From: a virus
Taxonomy: Duplodnaviria > Caudoviricetes
Length of the DNA stretch: 35,779 nt
Virus record (IMG/VR): IMGVR_UViG_3300024420_000008
Coordinates: 1 to 35,779 of that record
Reading direction: 5' to 3' (one strand)
Below, piece by piece: positions 1 through 8,426 of the stretch. The notes under the pieces are model-generated. The model was not told the origin of the DNA. It was given only the letters and a program-made list of their open reading frames with translations, and made no database searches. Both the position numbers and the translations under genes were made by a program. How positions within the stretch are numbered: position 1 is the stretch's first letter; each line of letters opens with the position of its first letter.

Positions 1-237
1 CTTTCTGAGGCAAGACAACAACAAATTATTTCGGAATCTAGGTTCCACCCTGTAGGTAATCAATATGGAATTAATAATTTCTGGGCAACACGAGACTTAA
101 GAAGTTCTCAAATGGTTACATAAACAATTAATGAAAGTAAAACTGCTGCCGAGTCTGCAAACACTAAAGAGCCATTAGTAAATGAATCTTTTAGAAATGA
201 CTTAGTAGAAAAAATGAAATTCAGATTAAATAGATAA
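1..237 (+). CDS. 3' end of upstream gene, probably prohead scaffold/protease region (partial; in-frame TAA at 121-123)
   Basis: Frame 1 reads LSEARQQQIISESRFHPVGNQYGINNFWATRDLRSSQMVT*TINESKTAAESANTKEPLVNESFRNDLVEKMKFRLNR*. It contains INE/VNE motifs resembling T4 prohead-protease sites and lies directly before the capsid gene. Confidence 0.5.
228..237 (+). promoter_or_regulatory. putative late promoter (AATAnATA class)
   Basis: AAATAGATAA upstream of the capsid gene; the same motif class recurs before structural genes. Confidence 0.5.
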
Positions 238-256
238 TTGTTTAATCTAAAAGATA

Positions 257-318
257 TTAATCGAATGGTCAAGAAGAAAAGGACCGAGGCGATTAAAAAA
301 CCGGAATTGAAAAATTCC
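257..318 (+). promoter_or_regulatory. structured 5' leader of the major capsid gene
   Basis: TTAATCG(257-263)/CGATTAA(290-296) encloses GGTC(267-270)/GACC(282-285); a second hairpin GGAATT-GAAA-AATTCC lies at 303-318. Confidence 0.55.
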
Positions 319-344
319 AAAATGCGAAAAAAATACAAAATAAA

Positions 345-2060
345 ATGTACGCAAATCAATTAATCAACGAGGCTGAGGTTCAAAAGACCTGGGGCCCTAT
401 CATTGAGGAGGCTACTGGTATTACTGAAAAGTCTAAGTTATCTTGGATGTCTAAGTACTGTCACTACCATAACCTTAATGAGAGTGTATATAATACTGTA
501 CACTTAAATCCTAATATGAATGTTCAAGGTATGAATGCGCCGGCTTTTCCAGCTGACCCAACTACCATGAATGCATTCCAAGGACAAAATACTGGATCTG
601 GTGATAGACCATTTTCTTTGCTTCCACTTGCTATGCAGGTTGCTGCTCAGACTGTAGGTTTAGACTTAGTTCCTGTAGTACCAATGCAAGGCCCAATGGG
701 AGTTCTTACTTACCTAGACTTTGTATATGGTGGAGGTAGAGTAACAGATGCTGGTGGTAAAGTTACCGATTCTGCTCCTCTATTAATTAAAGTAGATACT
801 AACTTGGCATCAGGTCAAGCGTTTGTTGTAGATACTAAATACTATGTTGGTACTGGTACTAATGCTGCATATGAATTAACATATGTTGGTAAGTCTAGAA
901 TCGACGGTTTCCCAATCTTCCGTGTAAGAGGTAGAGCTACAGATGGTACTGGAGCTTTTGCTCAAGGTGAAGAAGGTTATGAAGCAATTTACGAAGCTAT
1001 CGTAGGTGGTTCTGCTCCAACAGATTTATATTCTGATGATCCAGTAGCTACATCAATCGGTACTTTTGCTGAAGGACCTGAGTATGTTAAAGCTTTAGAA
1101 GATCATATTACTGGTTTCTCTGGTAATGCGTTTGAAGCTAACAACCCTGCTCCTACTCCTTTAGTTGAGTCAATTGCTGGTGTTGATCCTTACCAAAGAG
1201 GTGAAGGTGAAGCTACTCCAGATAACATTATGGGATTAAGCTTATTCAACAAGTCTGTTGCTGCTAAAACTTACCAAGTTGCTGCTGCCGTGACTAGAGA
1301 ACAAGTTCAAGACCTTAAGCAATTTGGAATTGATGCTGTTGCTCAAGTAGAAGCTGTATTAGTAAATGAGTTAACTCAATCTATTAACAAATACATCTTG
1401 GATAGAATCTTCAGAAATGGAGCTCAAAATGCAAGTAATGTAAATTCTGTTGACGGATTAAACTTATCTGCTTCATTTGTATCTACTGCCCCTGCAACTA
1501 CTGCTATTTCATTAGGTGCTGGTAATGCTAGTAACACGAACATTAGTTTAACAACTGCTGATACTTTAGTTGGTGCAGGTGGTGAAACTCAAGGTTCATT
1601 ACAGAGAAGACTGTATACTAAAATTCTTGCTGCATCTAACTTGATCGCAACAAGAGGAAGAAGAGGTCCTGCTACTTTCGCAGTATGTTCTGGAGAAATT
1701 GCTACGGCACTTCAGGATATCGCAGGTTTCGTACCTTACCCACTATCAAATACAATCAACCAAGCTGGTGGATCTTTATATCCAATCGGTGCTTTGGCTG
1801 GTGTAACTATTTATGTTGATCCAAACATGGCTTGGACTGACTACAGAGTTGCAGTAGGTAGAAAAGGTGATGGTAACTCTCCTGGTTTAGTATTCATGCC
1901 TTACTTAATGGCTGAATCTGTTGAAACAATCGCAGAAGGAACTATGGCTCCTAAAATCGCGGTTAAATCTAGATTCGCTTTAGTAGACGCTGGATTCCAC
2001 CCAGAAACTATGTACTACACATTAGGATTCAACTTTGGTACTGGTGTATCAATTATCTAA
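345..2060 (+). CDS. major capsid protein (T4 gp23-like)
   Basis: 571 aa. DLVPVVPMQGP, EQVQDLKQFGIDA, ELTQSINKYIL, IYVDP and GLVFMPY...PKIAVKSRFAL match gp23-family motifs; a strong terminator follows. Confidence 0.93.
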   Translation: MYANQLINEAEVQKTWGPIIEEATGITEKSKLSWMSKYCHYHNLNESVYNTVHLNPNMNVQGMNAPAFPADPTTMNAFQGQNTGSGDRPFSLLPLAMQVAAQTVGLDLVPVVPMQGPMGVLTYLDFVYGGGRVTDAGGKVTDSAPLLIKVDTNLASGQAFVVDTKYYVGTGTNAAYELTYVGKSRIDGFPIFRVRGRATDGTGAFAQGEEGYEAIYEAIVGGSAPTDLYSDDPVATSIGTFAEGPEYVKALEDHITGFSGNAFEANNPAPTPLVESIAGVDPYQRGEGEATPDNIMGLSLFNKSVAAKTYQVAAAVTREQVQDLKQFGIDAVAQVEAVLVNELTQSINKYILDRIFRNGAQNASNVNSVDGLNLSASFVSTAPATTAISLGAGNASNTNISLTTADTLVGAGGETQGSLQRRLYTKILAASNLIATRGRRGPATFAVCSGEIATALQDIAGFVPYPLSNTINQAGGSLYPIGALAGVTIYVDPNMAWTDYRVAVGRKGDGNSPGLVFMPYLMAESVETIAEGTMAPKIAVKSRFALVDAGFHPETMYYTLGFNFGTGVSII

Positions 2061-2085
2061 TCCTATTTAGGTATATGACTTTAAG

Positions 2086-2114
2086 AAAGGTTCGCCGAAA
2101 GGCGGACCTTTTTT
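2086..2114 (+). terminator. Rho-independent terminator
   Basis: AAAGGTTCGCC-GAAA-GGCGGACCTTT hairpin followed by a T tract. Confidence 0.92.
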
Positions 2115-2126
2115 GTTTTAAAACTC

Positions 2127-2136
2127 TAATATATAA
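2127..2136 (+). promoter_or_regulatory. putative late promoter
   Basis: TAATATATAA right after the terminator; the context ACTCTAATATATA recurs at 16999-17011. Confidence 0.6.
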
Positions 2137-2153
2137 TAAAATTAAAACTAACT

Positions 2154-3323
2154 ATGAAAAGAGTAAAATCATACAATGAGTTTATTACAGAGAAAAGTAA
2201 TGTAGATGAAGGTATTACCGATATTAAAGGTATTATGAGTAATCCTATTAAGTATAAGAAGATTAAAAATAATGCTAAGAAGTATCAACAAACTAAAGTT
2301 CAAATAGCTTTAAATAATGTTGATCATGCTAAAAAGAAAGAAAAGTCTGCAGGTAAAATAGACCCTAAGCAAAAGGAGGTTTTAGATGCTGCAAACAAAG
2401 CTAAGAATCAAGCGTTAAAAGATAAAGCATCTGCAGTTAGTCAAAGAATGAAAGATCTAGCTACAACCGATCCACTTAAACAAGTAGTAACTATTGCAAC
2501 TACAAAATCAAACCTAGCAGCAGCAGAAACTGCGCTGAAGGCGGCAGATGGTGAAGAATCAAAACAACTTAAGATTAGAATTAAAAAATTAGCAGGTAAA
2601 GCATCAGATGCTCAACAAGCATTAAAGGATTATGAATCTGAAGGAGATGATAAAAAGGAAGTTAAATTACCAGGAGAAGATGAAGCTGCTGCTAAAGCTG
2701 AAAAAGAAAAGTTAGATAAAGAAAAAGCCGAAAAGGAAAAGAAAGCTGTTGAGACTGAGATTGAAAAGGCTAAAGCTGCATATGATAAAGTAAAAGATGG
2801 TGAAGATGAAAAGGCCAAACTACAAGCAGAAATTAAATTTAAACAAGCTCAACAGAAAAAAGCTAAGTTAGATGGTAATGATGAATTGTTTCAGGGGTTA
2901 GGTGATGACATCGGAGAAATAATGAAAAAGATAAATGCACTTGATCCAGACGGTAATACTGAAACTGAAACAGAGACCGAAACTGAAACTGAAACAGGTA
3001 AAGATGATCCAGGTGCAAAATTAGAAGCTGATATTAAAGCCTTTAATGATAACATAGAAGCTGAAAGAACTACAATGAATAAAGCTACTAAAGATTTAGA
3101 ACAAGCTAAACGAGATCTAAAAACTGGTAGAGGTTCTGAAGAACAGGTTCAAAAATTACAAAAGGCAATTGAAGATAGTAAAGAAGATATTGCTGAACTT
3201 AAGAAAAAGGAAGCTGATGCTAAAAAGAAATTGGCTGCACTATCTAAACCTACAGGAGAATCATTTCAACCACTTGAAGAATCTGTTTCTGAAAAGTTTA
3301 GAAGGTTAATGAATAATGTATAA
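2154..3323 (+). CDS. Lys/Glu/Ala-rich coiled-coil protein, putative internal head protein
   Basis: 389 aa, highly charged. The N-terminus MKRVKSYNEFITE resembles the T4 capsid-targeting sequence; it follows the capsid gene. Confidence 0.6.
   Translation: MKRVKSYNEFITEKSNVDEGITDIKGIMSNPIKYKKIKNNAKKYQQTKVQIALNNVDHAKKKEKSAGKIDPKQKEVLDAANKAKNQALKDKASAVSQRMKDLATTDPLKQVVTIATTKSNLAAAETALKAADGEESKQLKIRIKKLAGKASDAQQALKDYESEGDDKKEVKLPGEDEAAAKAEKEKLDKEKAEKEKKAVETEIEKAKAAYDKVKDGEDEKAKLQAEIKFKQAQQKKAKLDGNDELFQGLGDDIGEIMKKINALDPDGNTETETETETETETGKDDPGAKLEADIKAFNDNIEAERTTMNKATKDLEQAKRDLKTGRGSEEQVQKLQKAIEDSKEDIAELKKKEADAKKKLAALSKPTGESFQPLEESVSEKFRRLMNNV
2958..2996 (+). repeat. hexamer tandem repeat encoding (TE)6T linker
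   Basis: ACTGAA ACTGAA ACAGAG ACCGAA ACTGAA ACTGAA ACA. Confidence 0.85.
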
Positions 3324-3807
3324 AGTTCGTAAGATAAACTTTGGATGGTATAAAAGGAGGCATGGAATTCTATTAGAGAATCTGCCTCCTTTGAAGCAAA
3401 AACTTTTATTAGAAAATAATCATATGAAATGGTTAGATTCTGATACACAAGCATTTGAGGTTATCTTTAAGGTTGAGGATATGAATGAACATGAAAAAAA
3501 TCCTAATCGTATACTTTGGAATCCTTTTAGAGAAACTTTTACAAATGTTAAAGAATTAGAAAAAGACTCGGATATTATAGATTGGAATTGTGCAGTATGT
3601 AAAGTTGAAATAAAATCAAGAATGGATTCCAAAAAAATTGAAAACTTTGTTTGTAAAAAATGTTCAGAGGCTCATAACTCCCGGAATAAAAGGGTTGATC
3701 AAAGAATAATAGATTCATCTGTTAGATTTTTAAAACACTGTAAATCGTTATTGAAAGGTGAACAGAGGGAGTTTATGACTTATGTACGCCGATCATCTAA
3801 AGGATAA
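3316..3807 (+). CDS. hypothetical protein with C4 zinc-finger motif
   Basis: 163 aa; CAVC...CKKC; overlaps the upstream stop codon. Confidence 0.7.
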   Translation: MYKVRKINFGWYKRRHGILLENLPPLKQKLLLENNHMKWLDSDTQAFEVIFKVEDMNEHEKNPNRILWNPFRETFTNVKELEKDSDIIDWNCAVCKVEIKSRMDSKKIENFVCKKCSEAHNSRNKRVDQRIIDSSVRFLKHCKSLLKGEQREFMTYVRRSSKG

Positions 3808-4572
3808 TGATTCTTCAACTGTTATTTTTTTAAATGTATTTAATTTACTTTTAGGGCATGCATTAAATATTTGTATTCCTTTACCTTTAATATCTGCAGC
3901 TATTGCTTCAAATGCTGGCATAAATTGATTTTTATAAATATTCTCTCCAGTAGAATTTACAGGATATCCATTATGAAAATGACTATCTTTTCCATTATTG
4001 CCTAAATCATATCCTAATAATATAATTCTCTTAGCACCTAAATGAATTGCTAAATTTATAGCTGCACCTCCGCTGTTATTATTATGGGCCAACGAATCTG
4101 ATGACCAATCTATCCCTATTTTTTTACCTCTCTTTAATGTAGTTATATTATTTTTACTATTAGGTCTTAGAGTATATTTTAAACCTTTAAATAAATCTAT
4201 ATCTTTTTTTAACCAAGTATATACTCTACCATCAGTCCAATATAGTACATCAGCATTAGGATAAAATTCTACTGCTTTATTAATTGCTATAGTCTTTTTC
4301 CCTTTAAGCTTATTCCACTCAAACCCTCTTAATGACGGCCCACCTCCTATAAGATATACAGTTTCACCTTTCCATATAGGATTCACTTTACCATAATTAT
4401 GGTGTTTTGTATGTTCTATTGTTTTAGATGATTTGTTGATTTTTACTGGATTATTAACCCTTTTAACAGAAACTGTTTTGTGGGTTCTTCCTACCTTCTG
4501 TATTCTACTTTTAGTTGTTTCAGTTGGTACAGTTATTTTACTAATCTTTCTTATTACCCTACTTCTTCTCAT
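3793..4572 (-). CDS. DUF115/Maf (MptE-like) family protein, putative glycosyltransferase
   Basis: VYLIGGGPSL, TIAINKA, NSGGAAINLAIHLGAKRIILLGYD and IFNAC motifs; basic N-terminal extension. Confidence 0.7.
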   Translation of the reverse strand: MRRSRVIRKISKITVPTETTKSRIQKVGRTHKTVSVKRVNNPVKINKSSKTIEHTKHHNYGKVNPIWKGETVYLIGGGPSLRGFEWNKLKGKKTIAINKAVEFYPNADVLYWTDGRVYTWLKKDIDLFKGLKYTLRPNSKNNITTLKRGKKIGIDWSSDSLAHNNNSGGAAINLAIHLGAKRIILLGYDLGNNGKDSHFHNGYPVNSTGENIYKNQFMPAFEAIAADIKGKGIQIFNACPKSKLNTFKKITVEESLSFR

Positions 4573-4585
4573 CTATAGATTTTTT

Positions 4586-4595
4586 TTATTTATTT
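4586..4595 (-). promoter_or_regulatory. putative late promoter of the minus-strand gene
   Basis: Reverse complement AAATAAATAA, 13 nt before the start codon. Confidence 0.4.
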
Positions 4596-4600
4596 CGTTG

Positions 4601-4633
4601 AAACCATCTCCTATTTTTACATATAAAAATAAA
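4601..4633 (+). promoter_or_regulatory. putative middle promoter (AAAC-ATATAAA class)
   Basis: AAACC-N15-ATATAAAAATAAA. Confidence 0.65.
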
Positions 4634-4646
4634 TCTAACTCAATAT

Positions 4647-5609
4647 ATGAAGAATATTCAAAATGTACTTCTAACTGAAAAGTACAGACCACAATCATTA
4701 AATGATTTAATAACACCTAAAAGAGTAGGTGAGAAATTAAATAAAGGAGTTTATCAACATTTGTTATTGCACGGTAGTCCAGGAACTGGAAAGACGTCAG
4801 CAGCAAAGGCATTGGTAAAACATTTTAAGCACCCTTATTTATACATTAATGCTTCAACTGATACTTCAGTTGATATTGTAAGAAATAGAATTACTGACTT
4901 TTGTGCTAATCGTTCAATAATGGATGAACCAGGAAAAATGAAAGTTATTATTCTTGATGAGATTGATGGTGTATCTGATCAATTCTTTAAAGCATTAAGA
5001 GCTACTATGGATCAGTTTGCTATAAACGCAAGATTTATTGCAACATGTAATTATATTAATAAAGTACCAGATCCAATTCAATCAAGATTTGAAATGATTG
5101 ATTTTGATTTTTCCAAAGAAGAAGAAACCGAAATAATGAAAAGTTACATTATGAGGATTCTACAGATATGTAAAGAAGAAGGTATTGGTATTGATAAACA
5201 CGCAGCAGTAGAATTAGTAAAAAGAAAATTTCCTGATTTAAGAAATATGTTAAATCAGTTACAAGGATTTAAATCCCAAGGTGTTGAAACTATAACAGTT
5301 GAAAACATTAAACAATTCAGTTCGGTTTATAAAGATATTTATGATCTTGTCATTGATGGAGAAGATCCTGTAAAGAATTATCAATATATGTTATCAAATT
5401 ATGCAAATAGAACTGATGATGTTTTATCTTCACTAGGTGCAGAATTTATAGATTTTATAAAACAAGATAGGCAATCATATATCCAATTTATTCCACAAAT
5501 AATTGTAACGGTTGCAAAATATCAATCACAAAGGCAACAGGTAATTGATCCTGCAGTATCAATGCTTGCTTGTATTTATGAACTGCAAACAATAGTCAAC
5601 GGAGCATGA
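4647..5609 (+). CDS. clamp loader ATPase subunit (T4 gp44/RFC-like)
   Basis: EKYRPQSL, Walker A GSPGTGKT, Walker B IILDEID, QSRF arginine finger, PDLR. Confidence 0.93.
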   Translation: MKNIQNVLLTEKYRPQSLNDLITPKRVGEKLNKGVYQHLLLHGSPGTGKTSAAKALVKHFKHPYLYINASTDTSVDIVRNRITDFCANRSIMDEPGKMKVIILDEIDGVSDQFFKALRATMDQFAINARFIATCNYINKVPDPIQSRFEMIDFDFSKEEETEIMKSYIMRILQICKEEGIGIDKHAAVELVKRKFPDLRNMLNQLQGFKSQGVETITVENIKQFSSVYKDIYDLVIDGEDPVKNYQYMLSNYANRTDDVLSSLGAEFIDFIKQDRQSYIQFIPQIIVTVAKYQSQRQQVIDPAVSMLACIYELQTIVNGA

Positions 5610-5761
5610 GCGAAGAATTCTTAAAAAAATTAATTAAGGCATTTCCTAATTACATGGAATTAGGTGCAGCAGTCCACGAATATAACAGACTTCTTAATGA
5701 AGGATGGGATGGAAAACAAATAGAAGAATATATCATAGAAAAAACTTTCAGAGTTCTTTAA
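5606..5761 (+). CDS. small hypothetical protein (51 aa, not in ORF track)
   Basis: ATGA overlap with the upstream stop; MSEEFLKKLIKAFPNYMELGAAVHEY...KTFRVL* fills the gap. Confidence 0.7.
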   Translation: MSEEFLKKLIKAFPNYMELGAAVHEYNRLLNEGWDGKQIEEYIIEKTFRVL

Positions 5762-5794
5762 TCTTTGTTATATTTAATTTAAATAACACATAAT

Positions 5795-7021
5795 ATGAAG
5801 AAAACAGGCAGACATACATTCGTTATAGATGGCAACTATTTTCTGTTTAGAACCTTATATGTAATTCCTAGTAGATCTAAAAAGAAAGGCCTATTAGGTA
5901 CAGAAGAAGATGTTCAGGCATTCGTTAAAAAATTGGCAACTGATTTTGCATATCAGATCCGATTATTTGAAGGCCTTATTGATAAGGTTGTTTGGACAGT
6001 AGATTCAAGATCATGGAGAAAAGACTTCTACCCAGAAGCCGATTATAAAGGTAATCGTAAACAAGACAGTAATATTAATTGGGATAATTTCTCAAAGGCT
6101 ACATCTGATTTTATTTCTATCTTATCTAAGCAAGGTGTCATTATTTCAAAAATTGATGGTGCAGAAGGTGATGACCTTATGTATGCATGGAATACTGAAT
6201 CTCTTGCCAATGACAAATCAGTAATTATGTTTACTGGTGATAGAGACTTAGTTCAATTAGTAGATAAGAGTAAAAATAATAGTACTCATACTATCTTATT
6301 TTCACCGGCTCATAAAAAATTATATACATACCAAGGTTTTTCTGAATGGATGGATTCTCAAACCGAAGAAGAATCATCTGATAATATATTTGATGTACTT
6401 AAAACATCCGTTTCTCCAGAGAATCAGGCTAAAAAATTACTTAAGGCATTAGTCGCAAAGAAAAAGGTTTCAATTATAGAAGTTGATCCTGAAGACTTCC
6501 GTTTCCGTAAAGTTCTTACTGGTGATGCTGGTGATAATGTGCCACCTGCATATTACTATACTTCCAAAAAGCGTAGGTACGGTATCAGCGAGAAAAAGGC
6601 AACTGCTATTATTGCAGAGTTCAAAGAAAAACATGGTCACTTATCTCATATGTATCTTTATAATGATGAATACATTACTGATTTGGCAAATATGACTGTA
6701 AGAGTTATGAATGCAAAACATATGAGCAGAGAACAGATTATTTCTAATCTTAAATCTAATGTTAATCTGATGGTTCTTGCTGCTGAATCTATACCAGAAG
6801 GTATCCTAGACGAAATGTTTAAATCTGTAGAATCTAAAATGAATCTTAAAGGTTTACAACTAAAAGAGATCTCTACTATGAAATCAATTTTAGAAGGAAC
6901 TGAATATGCAAAAGAAACTGATAGTTCTTTTAAATCATCATTTTTTAAAGATGATGAATCTGATGATTCTAATGATATGTCATTTATTAAAGGCTCTAAA
7001 AAACAAGATAAGATTTTTTAA
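5795..7021 (+). CDS. 5'-3' exonuclease / RNase H (FEN, T4 rnh-like)
   Basis: VIDGN, SWRKDFYP..YKGNRK, EGDD, TGDRDLVQL, LTGDAGDNVP. Confidence 0.9.
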   Translation: MKKTGRHTFVIDGNYFLFRTLYVIPSRSKKKGLLGTEEDVQAFVKKLATDFAYQIRLFEGLIDKVVWTVDSRSWRKDFYPEADYKGNRKQDSNINWDNFSKATSDFISILSKQGVIISKIDGAEGDDLMYAWNTESLANDKSVIMFTGDRDLVQLVDKSKNNSTHTILFSPAHKKLYTYQGFSEWMDSQTEEESSDNIFDVLKTSVSPENQAKKLLKALVAKKKVSIIEVDPEDFRFRKVLTGDAGDNVPPAYYYTSKKRRYGISEKKATAIIAEFKEKHGHLSHMYLYNDEYITDLANMTVRVMNAKHMSREQIISNLKSNVNLMVLAAESIPEGILDEMFKSVESKMNLKGLQLKEISTMKSILEGTEYAKETDSSFKSSFFKDDESDDSNDMSFIKGSKKQDKIF

Positions 7022-7053
7022 ACAATCTATCCACTTCTTCATATAAATATAAA
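7020..7053 (+). promoter_or_regulatory. putative middle promoter
   Basis: AAACA-N16-ATATAAATATAAA. Confidence 0.55.
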
Positions 7054-7061
7054 ATAACTCA

Positions 7062-7478
7062 ATGAAATTATTTGATTATATAAAAGTTCTTTTCGGTAAG
7101 GATGAACACTGGGATAAGGTTACTAATTATGATAAATCTAAAAATTCATTTATGACAAATAGATTTATGAGTATTAAATTTCCTATACAGGCAAATCTTT
7201 TTAATTCTCTTAAAATAGATCCTGTTGGCCAAGCAGAAGCATGGCGTTTAGTTTCATCTAAATTTAATAGAGTACCAGGTTTTATTTACACTAAAGTAAA
7301 AAAATCTGCAAAGCAAAAGGCTAAGGAGTGGAACCCAAACCCAAAGGCTTTAGAACTTTATATGAAATTTAATGAAATAGGAGAAAGAGAATATAAAGAA
7401 GCTCTAAAACATAACCCATCACTAGTTCAATCCTCGATAGATATACTAGAAAAACAAATGGGTAATGATGTTAATTGA
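7062..7478 (+). CDS. putative clamp loader small subunit (gp62-like)
   Basis: 138 aa. MKLFDYI and FMTNRFMS resemble gp62-family patterns; it lies near the gp44-like gene under the same promoter class. Confidence 0.55.
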   Translation: MKLFDYIKVLFGKDEHWDKVTNYDKSKNSFMTNRFMSIKFPIQANLFNSLKIDPVGQAEAWRLVSSKFNRVPGFIYTKVKKSAKQKAKEWNPNPKALELYMKFNEIGEREYKEALKHNPSLVQSSIDILEKQMGNDVN

Positions 7479-8133
7479 TAATGCTTTTGAATTAGGAATA
7501 CCTAATCATATTTCTTTTACTTTATTTAAGTACGACTATTTTGATAGTATCATTATAAGTAGGGTAAAGAAGGAATGTAAAAATGTTTCTCAGATAGAAG
7601 GGGAATATGTAGTTAAAAAAGATTCTTTTATGAATGCTATTAAAACTAGTAAAAGAATCAGAAGTGAAATACAAAAAGCAGAATCTTTAGGCTATATGCC
7701 TAACCCTTCAGTTAAACCTAATTCTGTTTATTTTTTATGTTCTATTTTTAACAGATTACCTAATTTAGAATTTCTAAGTATAAAAGTAAATGATGATAAG
7801 AAATATAGTAGGCTTATAAAAAATGAATCCGGTTTACCTATTCTTAGTTTTCATTTTAATATTTTAGAAGGCATTTTTGATTTAACAAAATTATTAGAAA
7901 GAAAAGAATTAGATCTATTTAATAAAACTTTAATTGATTTTAATATTTTAGAAAATAAGTATTTAAACCGAAAGCCTTATTTTTATATGAAGGCTACCGC
8001 AATTTTAGATATTTTAGCATCAATGGAAATTGAAGGAAAATTAAATTCTTTTAAGATAGTAGATTACATTGATCCTAAATTAGAAGAAGACGATCCAATA
8101 CTTATTGTAAAAACTGACTATACACCTTATTGA
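7465..8133 (+). CDS. hypothetical protein
   Basis: 222 aa ORF overlapping the upstream gene; no motif recognised. Confidence 0.7.
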   Translation: MMLIDNAFELGIPNHISFTLFKYDYFDSIIISRVKKECKNVSQIEGEYVVKKDSFMNAIKTSKRIRSEIQKAESLGYMPNPSVKPNSVYFLCSIFNRLPNLEFLSIKVNDDKKYSRLIKNESGLPILSFHFNILEGIFDLTKLLERKELDLFNKTLIDFNILENKYLNRKPYFYMKATAILDILASMEIEGKLNSFKIVDYIDPKLEEDDPILIVKTDYTPY

Positions 8134-8135
8134 TG

Positions 8136-8145
8136 GAATATATAA
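8136..8145 (+). promoter_or_regulatory. putative late promoter
   Basis: GAATATATAA. Confidence 0.65.
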
Positions 8146-8162
8146 ACAAATAATGTTTGTAT

Positions 8163-8423
8163 ATGAAAAAGATAATTAATTGGGTCACTGGTCTTTTAAG
8201 AGACGAAAAGGGTACACCTTCATCAAAAAGATTTATTGGAATAGTTGCAGGTCTTTCTTTATGCGCAGCTTTATTTATTAATCTTTATACCGAGCACCCA
8301 GTAGAATCATCTATAGTTAATGCAGTTGCTGCAATTTGTATTGGTGGTTTAGGATTGGCATCAGCTGATAAAATATGGGCAAAGAAAATTGGTGGAGAGA
8401 AGGATCAACAAATAAATTCATAA
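8163..8423 (+). CDS. small two-TM membrane protein, putative holin
   Basis: SSKRF followed by two hydrophobic helices and a charged C-terminus. ATG at 8163 preferred over the track start at 8157. Confidence 0.5.
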   Translation: MKKIINWVTGLLRDEKGTPSSKRFIGIVAGLSLCAALFINLYTEHPVESSIVNAVAAICIGGLGLASADKIWAKKIGGEKDQQINS

Positions 8424-8426
8424 TTA

